Source: an uncultured Methanoregulaceae archaeon
GTDB lineage: Archaea > Halobacteriota > Methanomicrobia > Methanomicrobiales > Methanospirillaceae
Length of the DNA stretch: 64,000 nucleotides
Assembly: GCA_963701095.1 (NCBI GenBank)
Contig: OY969564.1
Location: forward strand, 2,016,001-2,080,000
Reading direction: 5' to 3'
Shown here: positions 55,493-63,437 of the stretch, piece after piece
Layout: each line of letters begins with the position of its first letter
Position numbering within the stretch: the first letter of the stretch is position 1
Notes under the pieces: generated by a model
Database searches by the model: none
The model's input: only the letters and a program-made list of their open reading frames with translations
What the model was told of the DNA's origin: nothing
Position numbers and translations under genes: made by a program

Positions 55493-55790
55493 AGGCGCCC
55501 CGACCCCACAGCCTGCAAGCATCGCGGGAGAGGGAAGCGCCGGTATAGTATCTGAACAAAAGAAGAAATATGTACGCTCAACCTGCCTCCGGTGCTGGCA
55601 GAAAGTCATTATCGCGTGGAAAAAGGGCGATTACCTGAAGAACAAGAAATGCCCCCTCTGTGGAGGAAGGTTAATGGGTAAGGTGCCAGTCAATAAGAGA
55701 GATCCCTATCCTGGCGAACCAAGGGGGCGAGTGATGACCCCTACCCCTTTCCTTCGTGTCGAATCAGAAAACGGGGGAGTTTCGATTTGA
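55470..55790 (+). CDS. Zinc-finger viral protein
   Basis: CLRC...CPLCGG; GGTGA before ATG 55470. Confidence 0.55.
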   Translation: MEAKTEFKGAPTPQPASIAGEGSAGIVSEQKKKYVRSTCLRCWQKVIIAWKKGDYLKNKKCPLCGGRLMGKVPVNKRDPYPGEPRGRVMTPTPFLRVESENGGVSI

Positions 55791-55800
55791 TTTTTTCCAA

Positions 55801-55823
55801 TTATGTTATGTTATGTTATGTTA
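55801..55823. repeat. (TTATG)4 TTA tandem repeat
   Basis: ttatgttatgttatgttatgtta read directly. Confidence 0.9.
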
Positions 55824-55866
55824 CTCGTACCGGTACGCTAAGAGAGAGAAAGAGAGTGGTGCTGAA

Positions 55867-56331
55867 ATGATTCGGACCACAGTCTATCTCGATCAGGATT
55901 ACGAGGATCTTAAACCCCTCCTCAAGCGCCGGGGAGTGACTAATTTTTCTGAGGTCTGCCGGGATCTCATTATGTTCCTGATAGGCGATGGGGAAACAGA
56001 ACTCACCAAGACGCAGATACGGGAGCTCACAAGCCAGTTTGCCAAAATGAAACTTGCCGAACTGCAAAAACAGCAGAAGATAACCGGAGCGACCGAAGAG
56101 GAAAAGCAGAAGATCGACGCATTCCGGGCAAAGCGGATGGCCAAGATCATCGAATCGGTAAAGGTAGAATCCTCTCGCATAGGCACCGACCGGTTCAAGC
56201 GATACCTGGATGATCCGTATGGTGACTATGCAATCATCCAGGACGACATTATTGCTGCGGTATCTCAGGCTTCCGGGTATCAGGTAAATCTTGCGGACCT
56301 CATCCAGGCATTCAAGGCAGTATCATCATGA
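55867..56331 (+). CDS. Viral protein with RHH-like N-terminus
   Basis: MIRTTVYL...NFSEVCRDLI then helical/coiled-coil region. Confidence 0.6.
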   Translation: MIRTTVYLDQDYEDLKPLLKRRGVTNFSEVCRDLIMFLIGDGETELTKTQIRELTSQFAKMKLAELQKQQKITGATEEEKQKIDAFRAKRMAKIIESVKVESSRIGTDRFKRYLDDPYGDYAIIQDDIIAAVSQASGYQVNLADLIQAFKAVSS

Positions 56332-56795
56332 CCCGGTCGTGGCCTGTCTCTCCAGATGCGAAGGAGTCCCGCCGGGGCGCTCGTATCAAGAACGCGAAGA
56401 AAACCGTTATCGATGGGATACTGTTTGCGTCACGTATGGAATCCCGGCGATATGTCGAGCTTAAGAAACTGAAAGCGGCTGGTGTCGTGACTAAAATCGA
56501 GTGCCAGCCGGTATTTGAACTCCAACCGGCGTACCGGAAATGCTGCGACGTGACATATAACGCCGAAGATGCGCCGTTCCTTTATAAAAAAGGTATCTGC
56601 GAGTGTTGCGGGAAGAAGATGCCGATAATCAAAGCGATCCGGTATGTTGCCGATTTCCGTGTGACCTATGCAGATGGCAGGGTAGAGATTGAAGATGTAA
56701 AAGGCCATGAAACCGAAATTTTCAAGATCAAGAAAAAGATCCTGGAATGCAGGTATCCGGAGATCACGCTTAAAGTAGTAACGAAGGTGCGGTGA
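56328..56795 (+). CDS. DUF1064-family putative endonuclease with Cys-rich insert
   Basis: IDGILFASRME.RRY, QPVFEL, YVADF.V.Y and IEDVKG motifs. Confidence 0.82.
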   Translation: MTRSWPVSPDAKESRRGARIKNAKKTVIDGILFASRMESRRYVELKKLKAAGVVTKIECQPVFELQPAYRKCCDVTYNAEDAPFLYKKGICECCGKKMPIIKAIRYVADFRVTYADGRVEIEDVKGHETEIFKIKKKILECRYPEITLKVVTKVR

Positions 56796-57321
56796 TGTCG
56801 CACCAGCGCAAAGGGGATTACAAAACCCAGAAGGATGAGTGGGAAACCCCGGACTGGCTCTTTGCATTACTTGATCGGGAGTTTAATTTCAGGGTGGATG
56901 CAGCCGCTCGTAAACACAACACAAAGACCGGACTATATTTTGAGGATGCGATTTCTGTGGACTGGGCACATCAAGGGGGAATTGACCCAGCTATTTCCTT
57001 AATCCTCCCTACAGTGTCGGGAATATCAACCGGTTCATGAAGAAAGCCTACAAGGAATCTTTGAAGGGTGCGGTAGTCGTTTGCCTCGTACCAGTCGCAT
57101 CAGATACCCGGTGGTGGCATGATTACGTCATGCATGCGCAGGAGATCCGGTTTATCCGGGGCCGGGTGAAGTTCATCGGCTATGATGAGCATGGAAAACA
57201 GATCCAGAACTCTCCGACATTCTCTTCGTGTGTGGTGATCTTCAAACAGGAACGGCGTCAGGACTGGGAAAACCCAAGAATCGGCGAAACCATCCTGCAA
57301 CCCCGGAAGGTGCCAGCGTGA
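56792..57321 (+). CDS. Phage-type DNA N6-adenine methyltransferase (apparent frameshift near 56975)
   Basis: DEWETPDWLF..LDREF.F.VDAAA, then YFLNPPYS, LVPV.SDTRWW and IRFIRGRVKF in the shifted frame. Confidence 0.88.
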
Positions 57322-57500
57322 GTCTTTGGATCCTGATTGACGGGCGCCGGGAACACATCTGGAGAGCCGGACAGATCAAGGACGAACGGGAAAAGAAACG
57401 ATGGGTGAAGGACATAGAGAACTTTAACAGGATGGAGGGATACCCGCTCCGTCGGGTCGTGGTATCGCGGGATGAAGTCATTGTGGCCGGGGTGGAGTAA
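57318..57500 (+). CDS. Small viral hypothetical protein
   Basis: GTGA overlap with the MTase stop, AGGTG upstream; 60 aa. Confidence 0.5.
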   Translation: MSLWILIDGRREHIWRAGQIKDEREKKRWVKDIENFNRMEGYPLRRVVVSRDEVIVAGVE

Positions 57501-57646
57501 TGACCGTCCAATGCATCCGCTGCCCTCGCGCAGTTGATGACCCCGTGCCGGCATCATGGCTGGAGAAGTTCCCGGAACTCGCCGGGATGTGTAAGCACTG
57601 TGCTACGGAATATGTTGGTGCGAGGATAGCAGAGGGAATGGAATGA
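57500..57646 (+). CDS. 48-aa zinc-finger microprotein (not in ORF track)
   Basis: MTVQCIRC...CKHC...; TAATG coupling to the previous stop. Confidence 0.55.
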   Translation: MTVQCIRCPRAVDDPVPASWLEKFPELAGMCKHCATEYVGARIAEGME

Positions 57647-57658
57647 ACCGGCAACGGA

Positions 57659-57904
57659 ATGGACGTTCAGGGGAGTGAGTGCATAGTGAGTGAGGAGACA
57701 GAATTCAATTGGGGACGTTCACGGAGCAAGAAAGCAAAATATGTCCATCTTTTTATCAATGGAAAAGCCAGCTGCGGACAAGGGCCAAGGATGGACTTGC
57801 AAAACGATGACTGGGACCCCAATAATCCCGAAACATGCCCACACTGCAAGGAATATTATGCCTGGCTAAAAAAGGGATTTCACCGCGTTCCAGAGTACAC
57901 TTAG
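57659..57904 (+). CDS. Small viral Cys/His protein
   Basis: H...CG...CPHC pattern; last gene of the plus-strand run. Confidence 0.5.
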   Translation: MDVQGSECIVSEETEFNWGRSRSKKAKYVHLFINGKASCGQGPRMDLQNDDWDPNNPETCPHCKEYYAWLKKGFHRVPEYT

Positions 57905-57914
57905 ATTAATTATT

Positions 57915-58724
57915 TCAAAAAAAATCAGATAGAGAAGAGTTTATATTTTTTATCTTTTTTGGCGGGTAATATACACCTATCAATAACCAATTATTCCACT
58001 TGCTTTCTGTCCCCATATAAAAATAAATATCTCGTTTTGTGAGCTCGTCAAAATATTTTTGTTTGACCTTCGCAAAGCAGTTATCCAATCCATATTTATC
58101 CCGCATCTTTCTCCACAGTTCACCCAGTTCCCAATCTTCACACATCATGTTATGATCTTTACATCGATCATCACAACATCTGAAATGATACCCCATCCAA
58201 TAAGGAATATATTCTAATGGTGACTTGTAATCTCCACAAAGTGTGGTTTGTCTTCCGGTGATTAATTCCTTCTCCCAATCCCTGCATGCACCACGATCTT
58301 TTTTATAAAAATCAAAAATTCGATTGGGTTTGATCAATCCTAAGGATGTTCCATCCTCTTCAGATCGCTCTATCAAGTCTTCAACTGATTTATTCAGGAG
58401 AGGAAGGATAATTTTATTTCGTGCATCCCAATCAATGGGGCTTTTAGAGAGGGACTCATCAACTATTTCTATGGTATCTGGTTTTATTTTGTGGCTTTCC
58501 TTTCTTTGGTATTTTTCATGTTCTTTTGATTTTTGTGCTTCTACTTCAATCCAAATGTATCTTTTAAATTGTTTATGAGGCGGGAGCTTGCGAAAAGGTA
58601 CTGGATACATCCTTATCCAGTTTCCTTCGTCGGTTATACCTGCCACACATACTGTTTCTTCATATTTTTCACTTAAATTTGGATACGCCTTAACAGTAAC
58701 AAAAACTTTAACTTTTTTCCACAT
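57915..58724 (-). CDS. Uncharacterised protein of the type found beside DUF488 genes (possibly dual-OB-like)
   Basis: VKAYP..S.KY.ETVCVAG...WIRMYPVPFR, RKES, SLGLIKP, CEDWE and FYMGT...IGVYYPP pattern. Confidence 0.7.
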   Translation of the reverse strand: MWKKVKVFVTVKAYPNLSEKYEETVCVAGITDEGNWIRMYPVPFRKLPPHKQFKRYIWIEVEAQKSKEHEKYQRKESHKIKPDTIEIVDESLSKSPIDWDARNKIILPLLNKSVEDLIERSEEDGTSLGLIKPNRIFDFYKKDRGACRDWEKELITGRQTTLCGDYKSPLEYIPYWMGYHFRCCDDRCKDHNMMCEDWELGELWRKMRDKYGLDNCFAKVKQKYFDELTKRDIYFYMGTESKWNNWLLIGVYYPPKKIKNINSSLSDFF

Positions 58725-58783
58725 ACTTCCCTTTAAAGCGAATAATAATAAATTCTTCGAGTATTAGAGAATTTTTAACCGTC

Positions 58784-59827
58784 TTATAAATCAATTCTTT
58801 CTTTAAATTCACCGGTTGCTAATATCAAGTTTGCCAAAATATGCCTATGGCAATGTATTTTCTGATCTCTAGTTGGTTTGGCATGCTTTTCCATACACAT
58901 TAAAACGGTCTTGCCGTTACTTTTTATTTCATCCACAAATTTCTTGAAGTCCATTTCTTTCTCAGTATGCCATTTGTAATATTTTTCAAGACATTCTATA
59001 GGAATAGCTCCATCCTTGTATGGGTTTTGCCATTCATATGGAATCCCAAGATCGGGACGGTGCTCGTATTTTATTTTGGCTCTATCCAATTCCCTTGCTA
59101 GAATGGATTTATTAAAATCTGGTTTATATTGAGATTCTGCTGAGAATCGAACGTCTATCAGACGTACGATACCATTATTTTTGAGTATCTCAATGAACTG
59201 TTGAATTTCTTTCCCCTCATAGCCGATTGTATAAATTGTATTATTGAGGAAACGATCTCTTTCCCTTCTTGCATCCTCCTCATTAGTTATATTCTTTGAT
59301 TTTAATATTTTTAATAACACGGGCTGTGCTGATTTCTCAAGCGATGAAATAATTAGTGCTATTGAGTTGCTTATGCTGCCATCAGCCAACGCCTTAGCTA
59401 CGGTTTCATGTAAATCTAAAGCCAGTTGTACCCTGCTATTTACCCAAGTGTGGCTTTTACCAACTTTTTCTGCTATTGCAGCACCTGATAATTTAGTGGT
59501 CTCCATTATTGCTTTTAAAACTCGCCCCTGTTCAACCTGACTCATTTCTTGCCTAAGCAGGTTGGTTTTGATGCTGAGAAACATTGCATCAAGATCACTG
59601 AGGTCTTTCACAGTGGCTTCAATCTCCTTCCATCCGAGTTCTTTAGCTGCTTGGACTCGGTTGTGTCCACCAATTAATTCATACCCTTCTCCCTTGGGTC
59701 TTACGAGGATCGGATTCCACTGACCATCTTCTTTAAGACTTTCTCTTAATTCACTGATGTACTCAGGATCGAGTTTTTCACGAACAGTAAAAGTCGTATC
59801 ATCAATTTTGCTTATTTTTATCTTCAC
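58784..59827 (-). CDS. ParB/Srx domain - HTH - DUF488 fusion protein
   Basis: L.ESLKEDGQWNPILVR...LIGGHNRVQA (ParB), IAEKVGKSHTWV (HTH), IYTIGYEG...LIDVR...LG...LMCME...CHR (DUF488); AGGTGA before GTG. Confidence 0.85.
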   Translation of the reverse strand: MKIKISKIDDTTFTVREKLDPEYISELRESLKEDGQWNPILVRPKGEGYELIGGHNRVQAAKELGWKEIEATVKDLSDLDAMFLSIKTNLLRQEMSQVEQGRVLKAIMETTKLSGAAIAEKVGKSHTWVNSRVQLALDLHETVAKALADGSISNSIALIISSLEKSAQPVLLKILKSKNITNEEDARRERDRFLNNTIYTIGYEGKEIQQFIEILKNNGIVRLIDVRFSAESQYKPDFNKSILARELDRAKIKYEHRPDLGIPYEWQNPYKDGAIPIECLEKYYKWHTEKEMDFKKFVDEIKSNGKTVLMCMEKHAKPTRDQKIHCHRHILANLILATGEFKERIDL

Positions 59828-59871
59828 TGATCATCACCTAAAAATTGTTTTTGAGTTTTTTATGATTCATC

Positions 59872-60087
59872 TTATTTATTTACCTTCCAAGTAATATTAC
59901 CACTCGTTTTTTCTCTGATCAATCCTATGTCCCTCTCCATCCATTTAACCCAAGTATTGTTTGGCACTTTTTGAGGGAAATTTGCTCTCGTTTTTATCTC
60001 ACTCCAAGTGAGTCCCCGAGGATTTGTTATTAACAGATCTTTTATCTTTTCTTTAAACGTTTCATACGTCATTTTCTCTTCTTTCAT
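59872..60087 (-). CDS. Small winged-helix-like protein
   Basis: IKDLL...GLTWSEIK... pattern; first gene of the inverted AT-rich cassette. Confidence 0.55.
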   Translation of the reverse strand: MKEEKMTYETFKEKIKDLLITNPRGLTWSEIKTRANFPQKVPNNTWVKWMERDIGLIREKTSGNITWKVNK

Positions 60088-60387
60088 TCTCAGCTGCCCC
60101 TTATATTTTTACTTTTAGATACTTCCCCCAAATATAAATGAGTTTTCTTTAGTTCTTTTTACACTCTTTTCGATAATCTTCTACGACGTTAATTTTATGG
60201 GAATATTTCAGTAAGGATTTTTGCATTTAGGGATAAATCGTGGCTTCTCCTGGGCTAGTGCTATCCATTCACACCCACCCTCCCGTACCCTCATTGACCG
60301 TCCTGAACCTCACCTATCGTTTATCTCAGTCCCGCAGCCATTTTCCTTTGTATTTCCCGCAAGTATGCGGTGAAGGACACGTGCACT

Positions 60388-60840
60388 ATGCCAGACAACG
60401 GAATGTCAGCCGATATCCTCGGCCTGTTTTTCGGTCAGTACAACTCCGCAGAAGGTGAGACTGACCCCAGTACCGATCTCACGATTGCAAAATCAGATCT
60501 CCTCGGTCTTGGTTCCGAACGCCTCATTGTAGGCCGGTACGCATGGAAAAACTCAACCAACCACACGCCATCCCTCGTCTGCCAGGTGGCAATCGACGGG
60601 CTTCCAATCATATCTGATTATGGCGGTGCAAACATCTGGGCCTCAGGTCGTGCCGGAACCATCGATGAAGTGGTATTTCAGTATCCCAACACCGCAAAAG
60701 CTCTCTCGCTTGGCAAACACACCGTCACCATCACGCCCGGTGTCCATTATGGCGTTCTGGGCGCCCAGAACACCTTCGGTATCGGTTTCCCGGCAACATC
60801 CTGGTTCACCCCCAGGACGTTCAGCATCACGTTAGTGTAA
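60388..60840 (+). CDS. Beta-rich viral hypothetical protein
   Basis: GGTGA upstream; Gly/Thr-rich, LSLGKHTVTI Ig-like ending. Confidence 0.55.
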   Translation: MPDNGMSADILGLFFGQYNSAEGETDPSTDLTIAKSDLLGLGSERLIVGRYAWKNSTNHTPSLVCQVAIDGLPIISDYGGANIWASGRAGTIDEVVFQYPNTAKALSLGKHTVTITPGVHYGVLGAQNTFGIGFPATSWFTPRTFSITLV

Positions 60841-60843
60841 ATC

Positions 60844-61311
60844 ATGCCCCTTTCACCCGATAAGATCGGCAATGGTGTAGCCGGGATAGATTTCGACCCG
60901 TATGCCGGGCAGGAAGACAGCCCGTTTCTGCCTAACCCGCTCGTCCTGCTCTGTTTCCTCATCGGACAAGTGTACCCACCGGCCATGGACTGGATGGGAT
61001 ACTTTCCCCCTCACAATTACCGCCAGTGGCACATCGTCGAACAGGCGCTCGCGGCAGGCTGGAACAATGGCGCCATCAAGAGAGGTGTCGTTCCTGCCAT
61101 TCCAACGTGCCCGATCCTCTGGCAGGACGTTTCCCACTACTGGAACTTCGGCGGTATTGTCGGGATCCTTGCCTATGAGCTGGTTGCATACATCCGCGTT
61201 GTTATGGTCATCGTCGGGCTCCTGCTACTCGTGCACTGGAATACCCTCACGCCCCAGAAAGCGCTCACGATCATCCTGCAGCAGTTCGGGATCGTGGTGC
61301 CTACGTCATAA
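60844..61311 (+). CDS. Viral membrane protein
   Basis: C-terminal hydrophobic segments; starts 3 nt after the upstream stop. Confidence 0.55.
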   Translation: MPLSPDKIGNGVAGIDFDPYAGQEDSPFLPNPLVLLCFLIGQVYPPAMDWMGYFPPHNYRQWHIVEQALAAGWNNGAIKRGVVPAIPTCPILWQDVSHYWNFGGIVGILAYELVAYIRVVMVIVGLLLLVHWNTLTPQKALTIILQQFGIVVPTS

Positions 61312-61327
61312 GAATATGAACACCATC

Positions 61328-61421
61328 GGGTCTGTGTTTGCTGCCGTCTGGACGCTGTTCCATGGTACGGGTGCAAAGCTCTTACACCTTCAAGGGTGCG
61401 GTTCGTTCCGCCACAGATCCA
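61328..61421 (+). ncRNA. tRNA-like structured element (9-bp closing stem, 4-bp T-like arm)
   Basis: GGGTCTGTG (61328-36) pairs with CACAGATCC (61412-20); GCGG-TTCGTT-CCGC; internal TTTGC/GCAAA and CCGT/ACGG stems. Confidence 0.45.
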
Positions 61422-61532
61422 TGCCCGGTGTTGCCGGTGGTTTGGTCACCAGCCGGCCGCCCGGGACAACTAACGACAATGCCTTTGCACATCCTCTATC
61501 CGGCGGTTGTTCACCTCCTCCCGCCGGAATGT

Positions 61533-61608
61533 GCCACTGAAGCACCTGCTGGCTCGGTGCGTTCAGCCTGTAACTGAAAGGGCGCAGGTTCGATTCCTGC
61601 CAGTGGCT
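61533..61608 (+). tRNA. Non-canonical tRNA-Thr(UGU)-like gene
   Basis: GCCACTG/CAGTGGC acceptor, GCAC/GTGC D stem, TTCAG-CC TGT AA-CTGAA, AGGGC variable loop, GCAGG-TTCGATT-CCTGC T arm. A8, C14 and C33 deviate from consensus. Confidence 0.75.
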
Positions 61609-61612
61609 TTCC

Positions 61613-61765
61613 ATGCGAACACGATTCTGTAGAGAGTGTGGGGAAACGTTCGAGGCGGTTGACGATAACGACTGGCTCTGCAAGAAATGTCTGCTCGCGG
61701 GATTCCGCGTATTATCCCAGGATACCAGAAAAATCGCCAGGAAAGAAGAGGTTCCGAACCAATGA
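61613..61765 (+). CDS. 50-aa zinc-finger microprotein (not in ORF track)
   Basis: MRTRFCRECGETF...LCKKC; ATGA overlap with the ParB gene. Confidence 0.6.
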   Translation: MRTRFCRECGETFEAVDDNDWLCKKCLLAGFRVLSQDTRKIARKEEVPNQ

Positions 61766-62373
61766 AAAACCCGTTAAAAGAAGAACCTGTGCCTGCCGGT
61801 GTGGGTAAAATCCTGCTGACGCATCTCATCCCGGATCCAAAGAACCCGCGTAAAGATCTTAAAAAAGGCGATCCGGAATTTGAGAAGATCACCACGTCCC
61901 TTGAAAAGTTCGGACAACTCGATCCGATCATCTTCAATACCCGTACCCGGAAGGTGCTCGGCGGTCATCAGCGGTTGAAAGTCCTCGCATCAAACGGATA
62001 TACGGAACTTAACACGTTTACGGTAGGGGCATACACCTGGGCATTTGCAGAGACCGATCTTGCAGAACTCTCACCATCGGAAGAAAACGCTGCTAATATC
62101 GCCCTGAATAAAGCGCAAGGCGACTGGAACGTGGACCAGCTCCTGATCAATCTCCAGGATCTTAAAGCCGAGGGAATGCTCGAGGTCTCCGGGTTTGATG
62201 AAAAGGAGTTCGAGAAATTAAAAAAGAAACTGGGAGAACCCGAAGATTCCAGCGACACCTCCCTGAAATCCGCGTTTGAAGTCATTATCGAGTGTGCTAA
62301 CGAAAGCGAACAGGAACAGGCGTATAACGAGCTCGTAGAGGCCGGGTACAAATGCCGCGTTTTGACATTGTAA
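61762..62373 (+). CDS. Phage-type ParB/Srx N-terminal domain protein
   Basis: LIPDPKNPRK, SLEKFGQLDPIIFN, GGHQRLK and NIALNK..GDW motifs. Confidence 0.85.
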   Translation: MKNPLKEEPVPAGVGKILLTHLIPDPKNPRKDLKKGDPEFEKITTSLEKFGQLDPIIFNTRTRKVLGGHQRLKVLASNGYTELNTFTVGAYTWAFAETDLAELSPSEENAANIALNKAQGDWNVDQLLINLQDLKAEGMLEVSGFDEKEFEKLKKKLGEPEDSSDTSLKSAFEVIIECANESEQEQAYNELVEAGYKCRVLTL

Positions 62374-63437
62374 AGAAAACGGAAGCTGCCGGAACGTTCA
62401 AGGTTGAACAGGTAAAGGGCGCCTTCGATCTCCAGACATCTACCATCCAGGAGCATTTTGCCGGCGACATTGCCATTGAAGGTAAAGACTGGAACATCGG
62501 CCTGATTGTAGGCCGGAGCGGAACAGGGAAAACCACAATCGCAAAAGAATGCTTCACTGATGCCTACATAGCGCCAAACGATTATAGCCTGGCTGCAATC
62601 GTGGATCAGATGCCGAATGGACTTTCCTATGCTGAAATCACGCACATGTTCACGGCTGTAGGTTTTTCATCACCTCCTTCATGGCTGAAACCATACGCGG
62701 TACTGAGCAATGGGGAACAGATGCGGGTCGACCTCGCCAGGGCCCTTTTGGAAGAGCGCGAGTTGATAGTGTTCGATGAGTTTACGAGCGTGGTAGACCG
62801 GGACGTTGCGAAAGTCTGCTCTCTGGCGGTCAGTAAAGCCGTCCGAAAGATGGGTAAAAAGTTTGTCGCCGTTTCCTGTCACGATGATATCATTGCATGG
62901 TTGCAACCTGATTGGCTCTACGATACCAATCAGCAGACGTTTTCCTTTCGGGACGGCCACGAAAAACGCCCTGAAATCACGGTTGACGTATTCGACACCC
63001 ACAGAAACGCAAAGCTATGGAAGGTTTTTGCGAAGTATCACTATCTGAATACCGAGATTAAAAGGGGCACGGACACGTTTGTAGGCTGTATCAATAATGA
63101 ACCTGTAGCCTTCTGCGCTGTCAGGCATTTTCCTCACCCGATGAATCCCAGGATAAAGATGGTTCACCGGCTGGTTGTCCTGCCGGATTACCAGGGAATA
63201 GGTATAGGCACCCGGTTCCTGGGATTTGTTGCTGACCTGTATAAGAAAAAGGGATTTGCCGTTCGCCTGGTTACTTCCCAGGTGTCGCTTATCAATTCCC
63301 TGGAAAAACACGGCTGGCGGTTGAAATCGTTCGGCCACCAGGCTAAAGTAAAGAAGGCTGGACTAAAACATCTGAAAAAAACGAACAGTAACCGCAGGAT
63401 TACCGCATCGTTCAAATATACTGGGGGGATTAATTGA
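62352..63437 (+). CDS. ABC-type ATPase fused to a GNAT acyltransferase
   Basis: GRSGTGKT, LSNGE, VFDEF and SCH; then KYHYL and RLVVLPDYQGIGIG (GNAT motif A). Confidence 0.88.
   Translation: MPRFDIVKKTEAAGTFKVEQVKGAFDLQTSTIQEHFAGDIAIEGKDWNIGLIVGRSGTGKTTIAKECFTDAYIAPNDYSLAAIVDQMPNGLSYAEITHMFTAVGFSSPPSWLKPYAVLSNGEQMRVDLARALLEERELIVFDEFTSVVDRDVAKVCSLAVSKAVRKMGKKFVAVSCHDDIIAWLQPDWLYDTNQQTFSFRDGHEKRPEITVDVFDTHRNAKLWKVFAKYHYLNTEIKRGTDTFVGCINNEPVAFCAVRHFPHPMNPRIKMVHRLVVLPDYQGIGIGTRFLGFVADLYKKKGFAVRLVTSQVSLINSLEKHGWRLKSFGHQAKVKKAGLKHLKKTNSNRRITASFKYTGGIN

Noticed and set aside
60240..60365. C/T-rich tract upstream of the late viral genes
   Set aside because: Strand-biased composition is visible, but I found no repeat, stem or credible ORF to support a claim.
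58784..62373. ParABS partition system
   Set aside because: No ParA ATPase; both ParB domains are in fusion or phage-modification contexts.
62352..63437. ABC transporter ATP-binding subunit
   Set aside because: No permease or binding protein nearby; it is fused to GNAT and sits in a viral packaging region.
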